From IMG/VR virus record IMGVR_UViG_2939702853_000004, positions 37,038 to 101,037 of that record: a DNA stretch of 64,000 nt; one strand, written 5' to 3'. Shown here piece after piece: positions 9,705 through 19,953 of this stretch. The translations under genes and the position numbers were made by a program. The notes beneath the pieces are model-generated. The model ran no database searches. It saw only the letters and a list, made by a program, of their open reading frames with translations, and was not told where the DNA came from. Origin of the DNA: a virus. Taxonomy: Duplodnaviria > Caudoviricetes. How positions within the stretch are numbered: position 1 is the first letter of the stretch; every line of letters begins with the position of its first letter.

Positions 9705-10868
9705 TTAGTTATCTATCCATGCTTCATATTCTTCTTCTGGTACTTCACGTACTACAAAGCACTTCTTAGCAAAAATCTTATAATCTTCTTTGTGGCTAAA
9801 GTCTTCGTATGGAATAATGGCTTCAATTAAAACACCTTGATACGCATAATTAGACTCTTCTATCTCTGAACGCTCATTAAAATACAAATATTCATTATTT
9901 GGAGTTGCCATTTGAGCAATTTTATATTCATAATTCTTGTCCCAGTGACTAAAATAACGACCATCACGTTTACACACAAACTTATAAAACTTACGAGATT
10001 CTATGTATTGTTTACCGTCAAATTCTTCTACTTCTTCATAGTCTCTATTGAACTTTTTGAGTGCTCCTTTTGCAGAAAGCTTGTATGTATAACCGTTAAT
10101 TCTTGTAATTTTAGGCGTTTCCTCTTCAATTAGGTCTATAATATCATCTACGCTATTAAAGATTATTTCTTCAGGTTTTTTGAAATATTCTTCACTTTGC
10201 GACAAGTCCGCAATTTTATCAATCACATTAGAAAGGCTAAACTCTTCTCCTTCATCCAAACTAATCAGCTTATCGTAATTAATCCCGTACATTCCACCTA
10301 AATGCTCTTTTAATTTCTCGATACTGTCAATTTCTAAGTCCATGCAGCGCAGGGCTATTCGTAAGAATTCAGGTTTCGAAATGTAATATCCCTTATCTTT
10401 ATATTTTTGAACTCTCAACAACGATACAATTGGAAATGCTGTATCTTTATTAAATCTAAGCTGTCTCTGTGCATTATGCTTTAGGAAATCATTATGTAGG
10501 ATAAATTCTTCTGTTTTAAAATCAAATGCTCCCATGCAGATCGTAAAGTCAAAGCTATCAAATATCTGTTCAGCATTCTCGAAGTACTTAAAATGAATCA
10601 ATTGAACTTCTTTATCGTCCACTTTTACAAGTAACGCCTTTTTAGTTAATGCATGTACCCAATCACCACCGTCTTCATAAATCTTCTCCACTAATTCAAC
10701 TAACGAGGCTTCACTACGGAAGTACAAATCAATATCGTTGATTGGATTTCCACTAAATAAACTTGTAATAGTTCCTCCGGCAATAAATACCTCATGTTCC
10801 TTCAGTGTTTTTACAAGATGGGTTCCTAAGATATCGTACAACTTATTCTTTTCAAAAATATGGCTCAT
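9705..10868 (-). CDS. nucleotidyltransferase-superfamily protein (CCA/poly(A)-polymerase-like head)
   Basis: FIAGG...INDIDLYF (GG-x-DxD) and FDFTIC motifs. Confidence 0.65.
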   Translation of the reverse strand: MSHIFEKNKLYDILGTHLVKTLKEHEVFIAGGTITSLFSGNPINDIDLYFRSEASLVELVEKIYEDGGDWVHALTKKALLVKVDDKEVQLIHFKYFENAEQIFDSFDFTICMGAFDFKTEEFILHNDFLKHNAQRQLRFNKDTAFPIVSLLRVQKYKDKGYYISKPEFLRIALRCMDLEIDSIEKLKEHLGGMYGINYDKLISLDEGEEFSLSNVIDKIADLSQSEEYFKKPEEIIFNSVDDIIDLIEEETPKITRINGYTYKLSAKGALKKFNRDYEEVEEFDGKQYIESRKFYKFVCKRDGRYFSHWDKNYEYKIAQMATPNNEYLYFNERSEIEESNYAYQGVLIEAIIPYEDFSHKEDYKIFAKKCFVVREVPEEEYEAWIDN

Positions 10869-11245
10869 TCAATATCTCCTCTATGTATTGATTTGTCTTA
10901 CAAATATATAATAACACATTTCATTATTTTTGTATATTAAATTTAGTTTATTTTCACTTCTATATTCAAAGCAACAACTAGTTTCATCAGAAAGATCCAG
11001 TTGTTTAGTATATATCACCTCCTCATATTGATAAAATCAACCTTTGATCAAAAGTTATTCTTTTAGATGAATAACTAGATTTCCATCTTGAATATAGCAC
11101 TGAACCAATCTTTCTTCTGCATTATCAATATCCTCTGTGTTCTTCGCAACCAAATTAATAATGTCAATCAGATCTGCCTTAATCTCAATTCTTCCGTCTT
11201 CTAGTCTTTGGGTATTAGTGTACATATAGACCTTCCCCTTCTTAA

Positions 11246-11503
11246 TTAATGTAAGTCTTCCTCTTTATTGCTCACTTTCTCTTTTTGGCTCGATTTAAAT
11301 TTTATCCAATCGAGAAAATGTCGGGACTGCTTTAAGGTGTAGTTTTCTAAAAATTCATTCACACTAATTTTTAGAGTTTCATCCAGATATTCTTGTAACT
11401 CTTCTCGTGTCGTGTAAAAATAAAACTTGCTGTATTGGTTATCAGCGATTAATTGTATACTATATGTTTGTTCATTCACGTTGCAATCTCCTCTTGTTGT
11501 CAT
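11246..11503 (-). CDS. hypothetical phage protein
   Basis: ORF track, co-oriented. Confidence 0.55.
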   Translation of the reverse strand: MTTRGDCNVNEQTYSIQLIADNQYSKFYFYTTREELQEYLDETLKISVNEFLENYTLKQSRHFLDWIKFKSSQKEKVSNKEEDLH

Positions 11504-11562
11504 ATAATATAATATTATGATATCTCATAGTCCATCCAAATCAAAGTAAACTTTTATTCAAA

Positions 11563-11823
11563 TTAGCCCATTATCTTTACTTCTTCATAGATTTCTCGAA
11601 GCTCTTTGATGGCAGATTTTATCTTTCTTTTATCTACTTTTTCAGGATAGTATTCAATGTCATCTATCAATTGCTCTTTGAGTTGCTCGTCAGTCATTTC
11701 AAACAGCTCTAATCCACTCCATTCATCCGACCAAATTGACCCAATACACTGACGGGTCGAAGAGGTGTCATCATCAATTTCACAGTAAAGTTCCCAATAG
11801 TTGTACTTTTTATTGATTTTCAT
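11563..11823 (-). CDS. hypothetical phage protein
   Basis: ORF with GGAGG RBS, flanked by sites 11541 and 11843. Confidence 0.7.
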   Translation of the reverse strand: MKINKKYNYWELYCEIDDDTSSTRQCIGSIWSDEWSGLELFEMTDEQLKEQLIDDIEYYPEKVDKRKIKSAIKELREIYEEVKIMG

Positions 11824-11855
11824 TTTCCTGCCTCCATTATCGTAAAAGAAAGATT

Positions 11856-12359
11856 TTATCCTATATTGAATTGATCCATTAAATAATCTCTATAATTAAC
11901 CCGACCAAAGAATATCAACTGTTCGTGAGCTGCCAACTCATTTTGAATAAGATGTCGAACTAAATAATCTCTATATTTGATTCTTAAATCTGTACTATCA
12001 ATTCCAGAATACCGAGCAACCCTTTCTAATATCTCAAGAATCATTCTTTTATCATCATGAGCTAAATTCAAATATGCTATGCGCTTATTCTCTTTCCTTT
12101 TGTAATACGTTTTTACTAATGGCTCAAGTGCTTTGAAAAGTTCACTGCCTTGAGTTTGCTTTCTTAAAAAGTGGTATGTTCCCAGATTGGCAGTAAACGG
12201 AATTTCGATATTATATATTTCCTTTGCGATTCTACACAATGATCTTGATATTGGGGATAAATCCGACTCTATCTCTTTTACAGCCAGTGCAAGTTCCTCT
12301 CCAAATGCACCATTAGATAATAAAAACAGTACATAGGCTCCTCCTTGAACCTTCTTCAT
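11856..12359 (-). CDS. hypothetical phage protein
   Basis: ORF with RBS; stop codon lies inside site 11843. Confidence 0.7.
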   Translation of the reverse strand: MKKVQGGAYVLFLLSNGAFGEELALAVKEIESDLSPISRSLCRIAKEIYNIEIPFTANLGTYHFLRKQTQGSELFKALEPLVKTYYKRKENKRIAYLNLAHDDKRMILEILERVARYSGIDSTDLRIKYRDYLVRHLIQNELAAHEQLIFFGRVNYRDYLMDQFNIG

Positions 12360-12398
12360 TACAACCCTCCCTCTTGTTAAAAGGAAAATTTGATCGTA

Positions 12399-12671
12399 TT
12401 ATAAATTCCGGTCATATGCTCCTACTACAGTCAACCCAGTAATTTCTACTAAATTATACTGATAAAAATCCCTTTTTTCATCAACCATATCATTAATAGA
12501 GTTAGCTGCTTCTTGAAGTAAATCATCAATTGTGATTTTTTCTTCTGAAGTAATGATTAGGTCACGAGTAATGTCTTCTTCTTCATCGCTGTTTTCGACA
12601 TGAATATTTATTATTACCTCATAATAATACCGTGTTTGGATAAAACTCTTTGTTGCCTTTTTATATTTCAT
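12399..12671 (-). CDS. hypothetical phage protein
   Basis: ORF with RBS, flanked by sites. Confidence 0.7.
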   Translation of the reverse strand: MKYKKATKSFIQTRYYYEVIINIHVENSDEEEDITRDLIITSEEKITIDDLLQEAANSINDMVDEKRDFYQYNLVEITGLTVVGAYDRNL

Positions 12672-12707
12672 CTAGCCAACCTCTTCCTTTGCGATAAAAT
12701 GTACGCT

Positions 12708-12944
12708 TTATCGGATCTTAATGTCTGATACTTTACGAACTAAATCTCCGATAAAAATCATCAAATCTCTCTCAACAAGCTTGCCCTCATCAGATTGCAC
12801 CTTAAGAATATTTTGGATACATTCATTCATCAATTCTTCTCTATATGTACTCTGTGCAGCCCGTAAGTTATCCATTGCATCACCTAATTCATATTCTGCC
12901 TTAGACATTTGACTAAATGCACTCATTCTCTTCTCGTTTATCAT
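12708..12944 (-). CDS. hypothetical phage protein
   Basis: ORF with RBS; stop codon inside site 12695. Confidence 0.65.
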   Translation of the reverse strand: MINEKRMSAFSQMSKAEYELGDAMDNLRAAQSTYREELMNECIQNILKVQSDEGKLVERDLMIFIGDLVRKVSDIKIR

Positions 12945-12977
12945 AGTAATACATCTCCTATAAAATATTTGTTTTAC

Positions 12978-13178
12978 TTACAGTAATCTATCCGATGATT
13001 CATAGCGTCTCGTGAAGTAAAGCACCAATGCCCCGATAAGGAAGAATGTAGTTCCAGTTAAAAAACCTCTTAGACTGTTTATGTTAAAAGCCATCAATAT
13101 TGCTGGAACTCCCAATCCACAAGGAAAATACCCGAAAACACCTCTTATCAAAGCCATGATAAAAGATTTCCGATTCAT
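12978..13178 (-). CDS. small two-TM membrane protein
   Basis: Two hydrophobic segments; GGAGG RBS. Confidence 0.65.
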   Translation of the reverse strand: MNRKSFIMALIRGVFGYFPCGLGVPAILMAFNINSLRGFLTGTTFFLIGALVLYFTRRYESSDRLL

Positions 13179-13368
13179 AAATCCCCCTCCTCTCTAATAT
13201 GTAATTTATTATACAAACGAACAAATATGCAATTCGGTTTCATAATGTGTTTTTTCAATATTGGTGTATAGGAGCCTTAACGCAGTCTTTTTAGTCATTT
13301 GTTTTTGCTGTGAGAAGTTCCTTGTGTTTAGACACTAATTGTTCCATGTATATCGCCCATTATGTAGG

Positions 13369-13695
13369 TCATACTTTCACCCGATAATCTGTATGTCTTA
13401 CGAACCAATGTTCTCCACCTTCGATTGGGACTGCTTCGACACCGTATTCTCCGTCTTCTTCCCCATCAAACTCATCCCACTCAACAACAATACATTCTTG
13501 TCCAATTTCAAATTCATGTGAGTTTGTCTTTCCAGTTATAATGATGTGTTGCCCTAACTTTAAGTCCTGAAAATTGTTGTTGAGTTTACGAATTTCCTCA
13601 ATACATTCGAGCAACACCTGTTGAACCACTGACTTATCGACATCTTGACTATTTACAATATTATTTTCGATTTCGTCCAGTCTTTCTTTATCCAT
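13369..13695 (-). CDS. hypothetical phage protein
   Basis: ORF with AAGGAG RBS. Confidence 0.65.
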   Translation of the reverse strand: MDKERLDEIENNIVNSQDVDKSVVQQVLLECIEEIRKLNNNFQDLKLGQHIIITGKTNSHEFEIGQECIVVEWDEFDGEEDGEYGVEAVPIEGGEHWFVRHTDYRVKV

Positions 13696-13726
13696 TATTC
13701 AATCTCCTTTATGTAAAAGTCATATT

Positions 13727-14182
13727 TTATCGCCTTATTAAAGTACCATCTTTTAATTTTTCTCTTACAATTTCAATCGTGCGATTGCAACTGACATGTA
13801 CAGTAGTCAACCTATTTACACACTCTTTAAACAAATCAAGCCTATTGGTATGACAGGATTCGCAATCTGCAACTTCATATGTGCGATCAGGCCTCTTTTC
13901 TGTAGGATTAGGAACTTTAATAAGTTTCCCGTAATTACATTCATGATCATAATCAGTATGATGAATTTGAAATCCGTGTAGAGGATAGGACTTGTTACAC
14001 CAAGAACATCTATTGTCTTCTCTTAATCTTAAATATTCCTTTAGAAATGGATTCTTTGTTGTCTTGCTAACAAAAATCTTCCATGATAACTTTGACCCGT
14101 ATTTGGCTCTTACTTCCTCTATTCCAAGCAGAGGAACAATTTTGTAGTTCATCGCTTCTTGTTTCCTTCCTTGTGAGTCCAC
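13727..14182 (-). CDS. HNH-like Zn-binding protein
   Basis: CSWC...QIHHTDY...CESC...HVSCN. Confidence 0.55.
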   Translation of the reverse strand: MDSQGRKQEAMNYKIVPLLGIEEVRAKYGSKLSWKIFVSKTTKNPFLKEYLRLREDNRCSWCNKSYPLHGFQIHHTDYDHECNYGKLIKVPNPTEKRPDRTYEVADCESCHTNRLDLFKECVNRLTTVHVSCNRTIEIVREKLKDGTLIRR

Positions 14183-14225
14183 TGTTTTATCAACCTTTTA
14201 AAAGAATTGTTTCATCAAATCATTA

Positions 14226-14621
14226 TTAATTAAAAATTATTCCTACAAGTTCCATGTAAAGCGAAAATATTAATAACATACCTGAAAGACCAATACCCCA
14301 AACTAAAATAATTACAATAAGATATAAAAAAGATATTTTCAAATCAAAATTTTTCGGATTCGATGCAAAGATCATTCCACCAATAATGAGCAATGAAAAT
14401 ACCATTAAAAGTGTTGTTAGTAAAAACAGGACGGACAACTGAAAAAGATTTAGATCTAGTATCTTCCCTAGCGAAAGATTCGAATAAAAGTAAACTCCAG
14501 ATACACCGAGTATAGTAAAAAGACTACTTACGATCCCTAACTTTTCCGATGCACTTCCCTTAGAAAATTCTAGCCACAACTGTTCAAAAAATTTTTCTTT
14601 TAATTTAACTTCCTCATTCAT
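14226..14621 (-). CDS. three-TM membrane protein
   Basis: Hydrophobic segments; flanked by sites 14199 and 14641. Confidence 0.65.
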   Translation of the reverse strand: MNEEVKLKEKFFEQLWLEFSKGSASEKLGIVSSLFTILGVSGVYFYSNLSLGKILDLNLFQLSVLFLLTTLLMVFSLLIIGGMIFASNPKNFDLKISFLYLIVIILVWGIGLSGMLLIFSLYMELVGIIFN

Positions 14622-14653
14622 TCCTTGTACTCATTCCTCATAAAAGTGTTATT

Positions 14654-15373
14654 TTACATTTTGTAGGTTGTGTGAGTTATAATCTTGCGGATTGCACTAG
14701 GCGTAACATCAAATTTTTCAGCAATTGTTTTGGTGGGCACTCCTTGTTTGTCTAAATTTCTTATTTCTATTATTTCGTCATCATTAAATTTTTTCCCGAA
14801 TTTATATTGCCTTTCGTACCATTTATTTAAATGTGCAAAATCATCGGGTTTAAAATTAAATTCGGGGATGCAATACGAAATTAATTCATATATTTCTCCT
14901 GTTTCATTGTACTCACGGTATTTAGTTAAAGCTCCAATTAATCCGTTTTCCTCCATTACTTTTAAATTAAAATCGGCACAAATTTGTTCTTTGTTCCATT
15001 TCATTTTATCGAAAACAAGCCAGCGGATAGCCTGTTTAATATCTTCTTTTTTTGTCCAAGTGTTATTACCTGCCCGAGTTAGTTCCCAAGGTTTAATATC
15101 CCAGTCAGGATATACATATCTTAAAATATCATAGGGGCTGTCATTAAATAGTTTTTGAGTACCACCGCGTAATTTCCATTTAACAAAAAAATGTTTATTG
15201 AAATTCTGCAATACATCTTGTTTTGTCCAAACCAGTCTCTCTTCAAAAAGATAAAGCAGCAAAGATTTCAAATTTTCTTTCCCATATTCTACTGGATTCC
15301 AAGTGCCATCTGGGAATTTCTTTCTTTTCCCGTCAAGAATATCAACGTATATTGACAATAAAAACACACTCAC
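14654..15373 (-). CDS. DUF4046-like repeat protein with C-terminal HTH
   Basis: KFPDGTW, FNDSPY..L...YP, KPWEL motifs; C-terminal IAEKFDVTPSAI. Confidence 0.6.
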   Translation of the reverse strand: MSVFLLSIYVDILDGKRKKFPDGTWNPVEYGKENLKSLLLYLFEERLVWTKQDVLQNFNKHFFVKWKLRGGTQKLFNDSPYDILRYVYPDWDIKPWELTRAGNNTWTKKEDIKQAIRWLVFDKMKWNKEQICADFNLKVMEENGLIGALTKYREYNETGEIYELISYCIPEFNFKPDDFAHLNKWYERQYKFGKKFNDDEIIEIRNLDKQGVPTKTIAEKFDVTPSAIRKIITHTTYKM

Positions 15374-15757
15374 TTTTATGTTAGCCCTCCTCTTATATAA
15401 AATTATCTTTTTACTTATCGTCTATTATGCAGCAACTCAATTTTATCAATTTTTGATTTTAACTCAACCCAACATTCAGGAACCCAATTGCTAACTTCTA
15501 ATCCTCTGTAAGCGCTAATCTCTTTATTTCCTTTTTTCTTCATTACCACCGAACCCGAACCGATAAATGGACATGTCCAACCTTTGTAGTCACCAATATT
15601 TTTATAGATAAGATCAATCTCTTCTTGTCTCATCTGTGCTCCTCCTTGCTAACTTATGATAACAATATTATACAACATTTCCCTATGTATTTCTCTCTAA
15701 TATCTCACTCTTTATATAATACATTTTATTATTTTTGTATGTTAAAGTCAAGCTGAA

Positions 15758-16141
15758 TTATTCCAGCCTGACATATTTATCCAAATCAACATTCATGTAT
15801 TCAGCAATACGTATTTCAACGTCAAATCGTACCTTAGACCACAAAAAGTATATTTTGTGAGTGTATCCACGACATAAATACTCTGTAATCAAACTCTTAT
15901 CTGACTTTACTCCATCAAAAACTTTTATGCCTCTCTGTCTCATTTTTTGACGCACTATTTTTAAATCCATCAACACTCTACTTTGCAATCCCTCTAGATA
16001 CAAAACAAATAATTCCTTCATTTTCAAGTCAGATTTCTTGATCTTGCTAATGTTAAGTTCTAATACATCCAACACATAAGGTAATTGTATAAAATCAATT
16101 ACAAGTTGAGTGTCTTCATTAGATGTTATACGATTGCTCAT
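15758..16141 (-). CDS. YhjD-like protein, probably SOS-regulated
   Basis: LPYVLDVLE...MRQRGIKV...YLCRGY; LexA box directly upstream. Confidence 0.6.
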   Translation of the reverse strand: MSNRITSNEDTQLVIDFIQLPYVLDVLELNISKIKKSDLKMKELFVLYLEGLQSRVLMDLKIVRQKMRQRGIKVFDGVKSDKSLITEYLCRGYTHKIYFLWSKVRFDVEIRIAEYMNVDLDKYVRLE

Positions 16142-16155
16142 AGCTGCACACTCCT

Positions 16156-16169
16156 AGAACGTTTGTTCT
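16156..16169. promoter_or_regulatory. LexA (SOS/Cheo) box AGAACGTTTGTTCT
   Basis: Matches the Firmicute GAAC-N4-GTTC core; next to the RBS of the YhjD-like gene. Confidence 0.75.
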
Positions 16170-16193
16170 TATAGTGTACAAGAATTGAATTAA

Positions 16194-16478
16194 CTATTCA
16201 ACACTAGAGTACTTGAACATGCTCCCATCTGCATCGATTAATACTTTTAGTCCAACATATTCGTTATCTATGTATAATTCAAACTCAGTGCCTTTGTAAT
16301 CGGTTAGAAGCGCATATGAAGGAATATTACCATAGTTCCTCGTGTACGCTTCTCCTGTAGGCAATTCCAAACGTAGAACAATGTGATTCCCCATGTGGTT
16401 AGTCTTCATGTAAATACGAAATACATTGTCTGTTTTAGGCGGGAATTGATATTGTATATTGGTTTTCTGTTTTGCCAT
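16194..16478 (-). CDS. hypothetical phage protein
   Basis: ORF with GAGG RBS. Confidence 0.6.
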   Translation of the reverse strand: MAKQKTNIQYQFPPKTDNVFRIYMKTNHMGNHIVLRLELPTGEAYTRNYGNIPSYALLTDYKGTEFELYIDNEYVGLKVLIDADGSMFKYSSVE

Positions 16479-16688
16479 TATGTATTATCCTCTCTTGGTA
16501 AAACGATGCTTTTACTTTAACTTACTTAGGAACAATTATTTCATGATGCAATACAACACAGTCAGCATACTCATTAACTCCTATCATCTCATCTAAAGGA
16601 GTAAAACTATCAAGGCTTCCATTCACACAGTAACCTACACTAGAGTCAGGGTTGCACTTTTAAAGAACTTTGATTAGATCTCTTACTT

Positions 16689-17153
16689 TCATTTAATCAT
16701 TAACTCCTTTAGTGCCTTTCCATATTTTCTGTTGCGTTTCACATCTTCTTCGGTTGGATCTTCAATTCTGCTCAGGTCCATGTTATCTTTAATATCTGCA
16801 ATTTTTACCTTTCGAGCTAATTCATTTTGCTTACAACGACGAATGAATTCCATATATGATTCATCTTTCTTTCTGGTAATTGCCTTAAGTGCCCCAATTA
16901 CTTCGTCGCTAAACTCACTTTCTTCCGCATCGGCATCATGAATAGAAAAGTGAGTATCTTCCAAAACGTCATGCAGTACAGCTACAACCATAGAAGTATT
17001 ATCGTCCATTTTCAACATTACTCTAAGAGGATGGAGAATGTATGGATTCCCTCCCTTGTCAAGTTGTCCTGCGTGTAGATTAGCAGCAATACTAATTGCT
17101 TTGGACAGTTCATTACTTAGTGCTGCCTTATTCAAGTAATTATCTAGTTCCAT
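16689..17153 (-). CDS. HD-domain small alarmone hydrolase-like protein (RelA/SpoT hydrolase, Mesh1-like)
   Basis: HAGQLDKGGNPYILHP, AVLHDVLED, VKIADIKDN. Confidence 0.8.
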   Translation of the reverse strand: MELDNYLNKAALSNELSKAISIAANLHAGQLDKGGNPYILHPLRVMLKMDDNTSMVVAVLHDVLEDTHFSIHDADAEESEFSDEVIGALKAITRKKDESYMEFIRRCKQNELARKVKIADIKDNMDLSRIEDPTEEDVKRNRKYGKALKELMIK

Positions 17154-17304
17154 ATCATTACATCTCCTCTAATCCATTTATTTAGCAAGCTAATGTTCTC
17201 ACATGCTCAATTATTCTCATTGTAATTCATCGTAAAAGCCCAATTTTATCTTCCCTTAAACATATATAGTCTTACTTTCTTTACGTAATTAGAGGGGTCA
17301 ATCT

Positions 17305-18684
17305 CTATTCGATTAACCCCAATTTAATTGCAGCATATCTGGCTCTTATTGATAATTTTTCTGCCGAGTCTTTTTCAATTAATTCAACTTTTTGATCGTC
17401 TCTGTCTATGAAGTCCATGATTGCATGATCGACATGTGAGGTGCAGACTATTACAATATCCGATCTTCTCACTTTGCCTTCAACTATATGATAAGATTCT
17501 TCGAAAGGATTGTGCGTCTCTACATTGAAGCCATGAGAGCTTAGTCTATGAGAGTATTCAGAAATGTTCCTTGATCCAACAACTAAGATATTTAGACCTT
17601 TGCCAAATTTTAAATATTCTTTCTTGTTTGTTGAGCTGTCTTTTTTCTCGATAGTGATGGTTTCATTGTTTTTTTCAAAAGAATCATAATACACGTAAAA
17701 TACATAAGCAGTTCCATCTTCATATATTGCTGCACTTGCTGGTAAGTCGGGAATAAGTTTAGTCTTTGACGATGTTATTAGATATACCTTATTGTTTAAG
17801 TCATAAAAATACCATTGATCTTCCTCTTTTACTATAAATCCATAGTCCTTGTAGCTTGAGTCTGCAATCTTATTCTTATGAGCAATTTGTTGAATTCGTT
17901 TTTGTCTCTCTTCTTTTTCTTGTATTTCGGCTAAGTGTTTAATGCGAAGATATTTAGTATACATTTTATTTAATGGATAGAACGAAAATACGCTTTTATA
18001 AACAAGCCTCTCATCCAATAATGAAAATAGCTTAGCTAGGGAGATACTGTCGTATAGATTATCAACAATTTGCGAGTTCTTTTTTAGTTCTTTCTCCATC
18101 TGCCTGTTCTTAAATTTAAGTCGTCCAAATTCTCCCATTAGGAGATTGTACTTTTTTTCTTGAATCTTTCTGTTAGTCTCATTTCTAGCAATGACATCAT
18201 TAAGATGGCCCATCTTTTTTTGTTCAATTTCAAGTTGCGTTTCTAGGGTTTCTTTTTCGTGTAATAATTCCGATGAAGACAACCTTTTTAATTCTTTCGA
18301 CAGCTTTTGGTTATTAATTTTTTCTTTTTCAAATAATAAAGATTGATTTCTTAATTCTTCTAGCAAGATAGATTGATTATAAATCGTTAATTTTAATGAT
18401 TTTATAGTATTTTTTACTTTTATTCTTTCATTCTCTTCTATCGAATTCTCCTTACTAAATGCTTTGATATTTTCATTGCCCTTTTTTAGCTTTCTATTAT
18501 CTCTTTTCAGCTTGGTGAATTTATTTAACAATTCCTCATATTCTTTTTTATAATCAACAGGCTGCTTTGCTTCTTGTTTAACTGTCTGTGTCTCCCTAAC
18601 TTTTTTAAGAAGGAGATCATTTTTTCTTTTTTGTGCCACTTTATTTTTTTCATTCGCAACCTTTTTAAGTCTATTCTCAAACAT
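17305..18684 (-). CDS. coiled-coil protein with C-terminal DUF2325-like domain
   Basis: Long K/E-rich coiled coil; ILVVG...DIVIVCTSHVDH. Confidence 0.65.
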   Translation of the reverse strand: MFENRLKKVANEKNKVAQKRKNDLLLKKVRETQTVKQEAKQPVDYKKEYEELLNKFTKLKRDNRKLKKGNENIKAFSKENSIEENERIKVKNTIKSLKLTIYNQSILLEELRNQSLLFEKEKINNQKLSKELKRLSSSELLHEKETLETQLEIEQKKMGHLNDVIARNETNRKIQEKKYNLLMGEFGRLKFKNRQMEKELKKNSQIVDNLYDSISLAKLFSLLDERLVYKSVFSFYPLNKMYTKYLRIKHLAEIQEKEERQKRIQQIAHKNKIADSSYKDYGFIVKEEDQWYFYDLNNKVYLITSSKTKLIPDLPASAAIYEDGTAYVFYVYYDSFEKNNETITIEKKDSSTNKKEYLKFGKGLNILVVGSRNISEYSHRLSSHGFNVETHNPFEESYHIVEGKVRRSDIVIVCTSHVDHAIMDFIDRDDQKVELIEKDSAEKLSIRARYAAIKLGLIE

Positions 18685-18745
18685 TTTAACTCACACCCTT
18701 CTATGGTATTATACACGAAAGGCATGAAACAATTAAATAGGATGC

Positions 18746-19158
18746 TCATTGTGTCTCTAATTTAAAGTCGTATTGTGGCTTTAATGCTTTGCCCACCTTT
18801 CTTGCATCTCTACAACAGTTACCAGTACCACCCTTCGTCCCATCCCAAGCAGCAACAACAATTCGTGATTTATCTACCATGTATTCATTTCTTTTTTGCA
18901 TTTCGCTACATGATACTCGCCAATTGGTACTCCCTCTACACCATACAGTGGCAGCTCGTCTAGATAAACGACTTCATCTGCTGTATCTAGCATCTTCTTA
19001 TACCACAGATGAGTTTCCCTGTCTGTCCACTTTATTGGCTGATTTTTAAATGGTGCAGCAACAATATTGATTATGTGGGGAAGCACTTTTTCTTCATTCC
19101 TTGTACTGTCCAAAAGGCTATCTGGTCAAACCCGATTGCACCACCTGATATAAAATGT
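18746..19158 (-). pseudogene. YspA/DUF1273 SLOG-family (SPbeta yoqJ-like) remnant, 5'-truncated and frameshifted
   Basis: Three frames join as HFISGGAIGFDQIAFW / IVAAPFKNQPIKW...ADEVVY / MQKRNEYMVDKSRIVVAAWDGTKGGTGNC; N-terminus missing. Confidence 0.8.
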
Positions 19159-19698
19159 TCATTTTATCAACTTCATAATATCAACTGATGTGTCTATGTA
19201 TGTTTTGTTGTCATAAATTAAAAAGTCTCTCCATTTATTCGCAAAGCCTTTTGCCTCATTTAAGGTATCAAAACCCTTGATATGAGTAGAATACGTAACT
19301 CCCGATTTTTCATATTCAATGAAGTCTTGATGATATCTGTATTTCTTTCCTGCAAACCAAGGATCAATATAAGTACTTGTTCTATAGTCCCAAGGTTCCT
19401 TATATTGCTCCCACGTCTCAATTGGAAGTGGGACTTCACATTCTGCCCCTGCTACTATGACAGAATACTTTTTTCTGAAATAGTCTGATTTTGCATTTTG
19501 TCTTTTGCTTTCTGCGTGTTTTCTAATTGCTATTTGAAAATAAACAATAGGAGTTCGATACAGGAACTGTCTCCAGTAAGTAAAGTTCTTATAATGCTGC
19601 GGCTTGTCTTTGTTTAAAACCCAATCACTATCCATATGATATGTTAGATCTTTTTGAAGCCACCAAGATTTACTGTCTATAATTTCATTGATATCCAT
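19159..19698 (-). CDS. hypothetical phage protein
   Basis: ORF with GGAGG RBS, flanked by sites 19151 and 19717. Confidence 0.7.
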   Translation of the reverse strand: MDINEIIDSKSWWLQKDLTYHMDSDWVLNKDKPQHYKNFTYWRQFLYRTPIVYFQIAIRKHAESKRQNAKSDYFRKKYSVIVAGAECEVPLPIETWEQYKEPWDYRTSTYIDPWFAGKKYRYHQDFIEYEKSGVTYSTHIKGFDTLNEAKGFANKWRDFLIYDNKTYIDTSVDIMKLIK

Positions 19699-19743
19699 AG
19701 TACCTCCAGCTTTCTATAAAATATGTATTTTAAAGACTTTGCC

Positions 19744-19953
19744 TTATAGTTTTCTTCCGCATACGGGACAAAAATATATTTTAACTCCAAATAATGAACA
19801 CTTAATACTGCGATTTCCAACTTCACTATCCTCTAAATAATTGCAACTATTAATAAAAACCGTATAATCGCCTTTACCGTTGCTCATTAGTGGCTCCCTG
19901 TCTTCCGTCGGCCTTCCGGTACAGTGCTTACAAATATATTTTTCTTTAATCAT
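19744..19953 (-). CDS. small Zn-ribbon protein
   Basis: CKHC...FCPVCGRKL. Confidence 0.65.
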   Translation of the reverse strand: MIKEKYICKHCTGRPTEDREPLMSNGKGDYTVFINSCNYLEDSEVGNRSIKCSLFGVKIYFCPVCGRKL

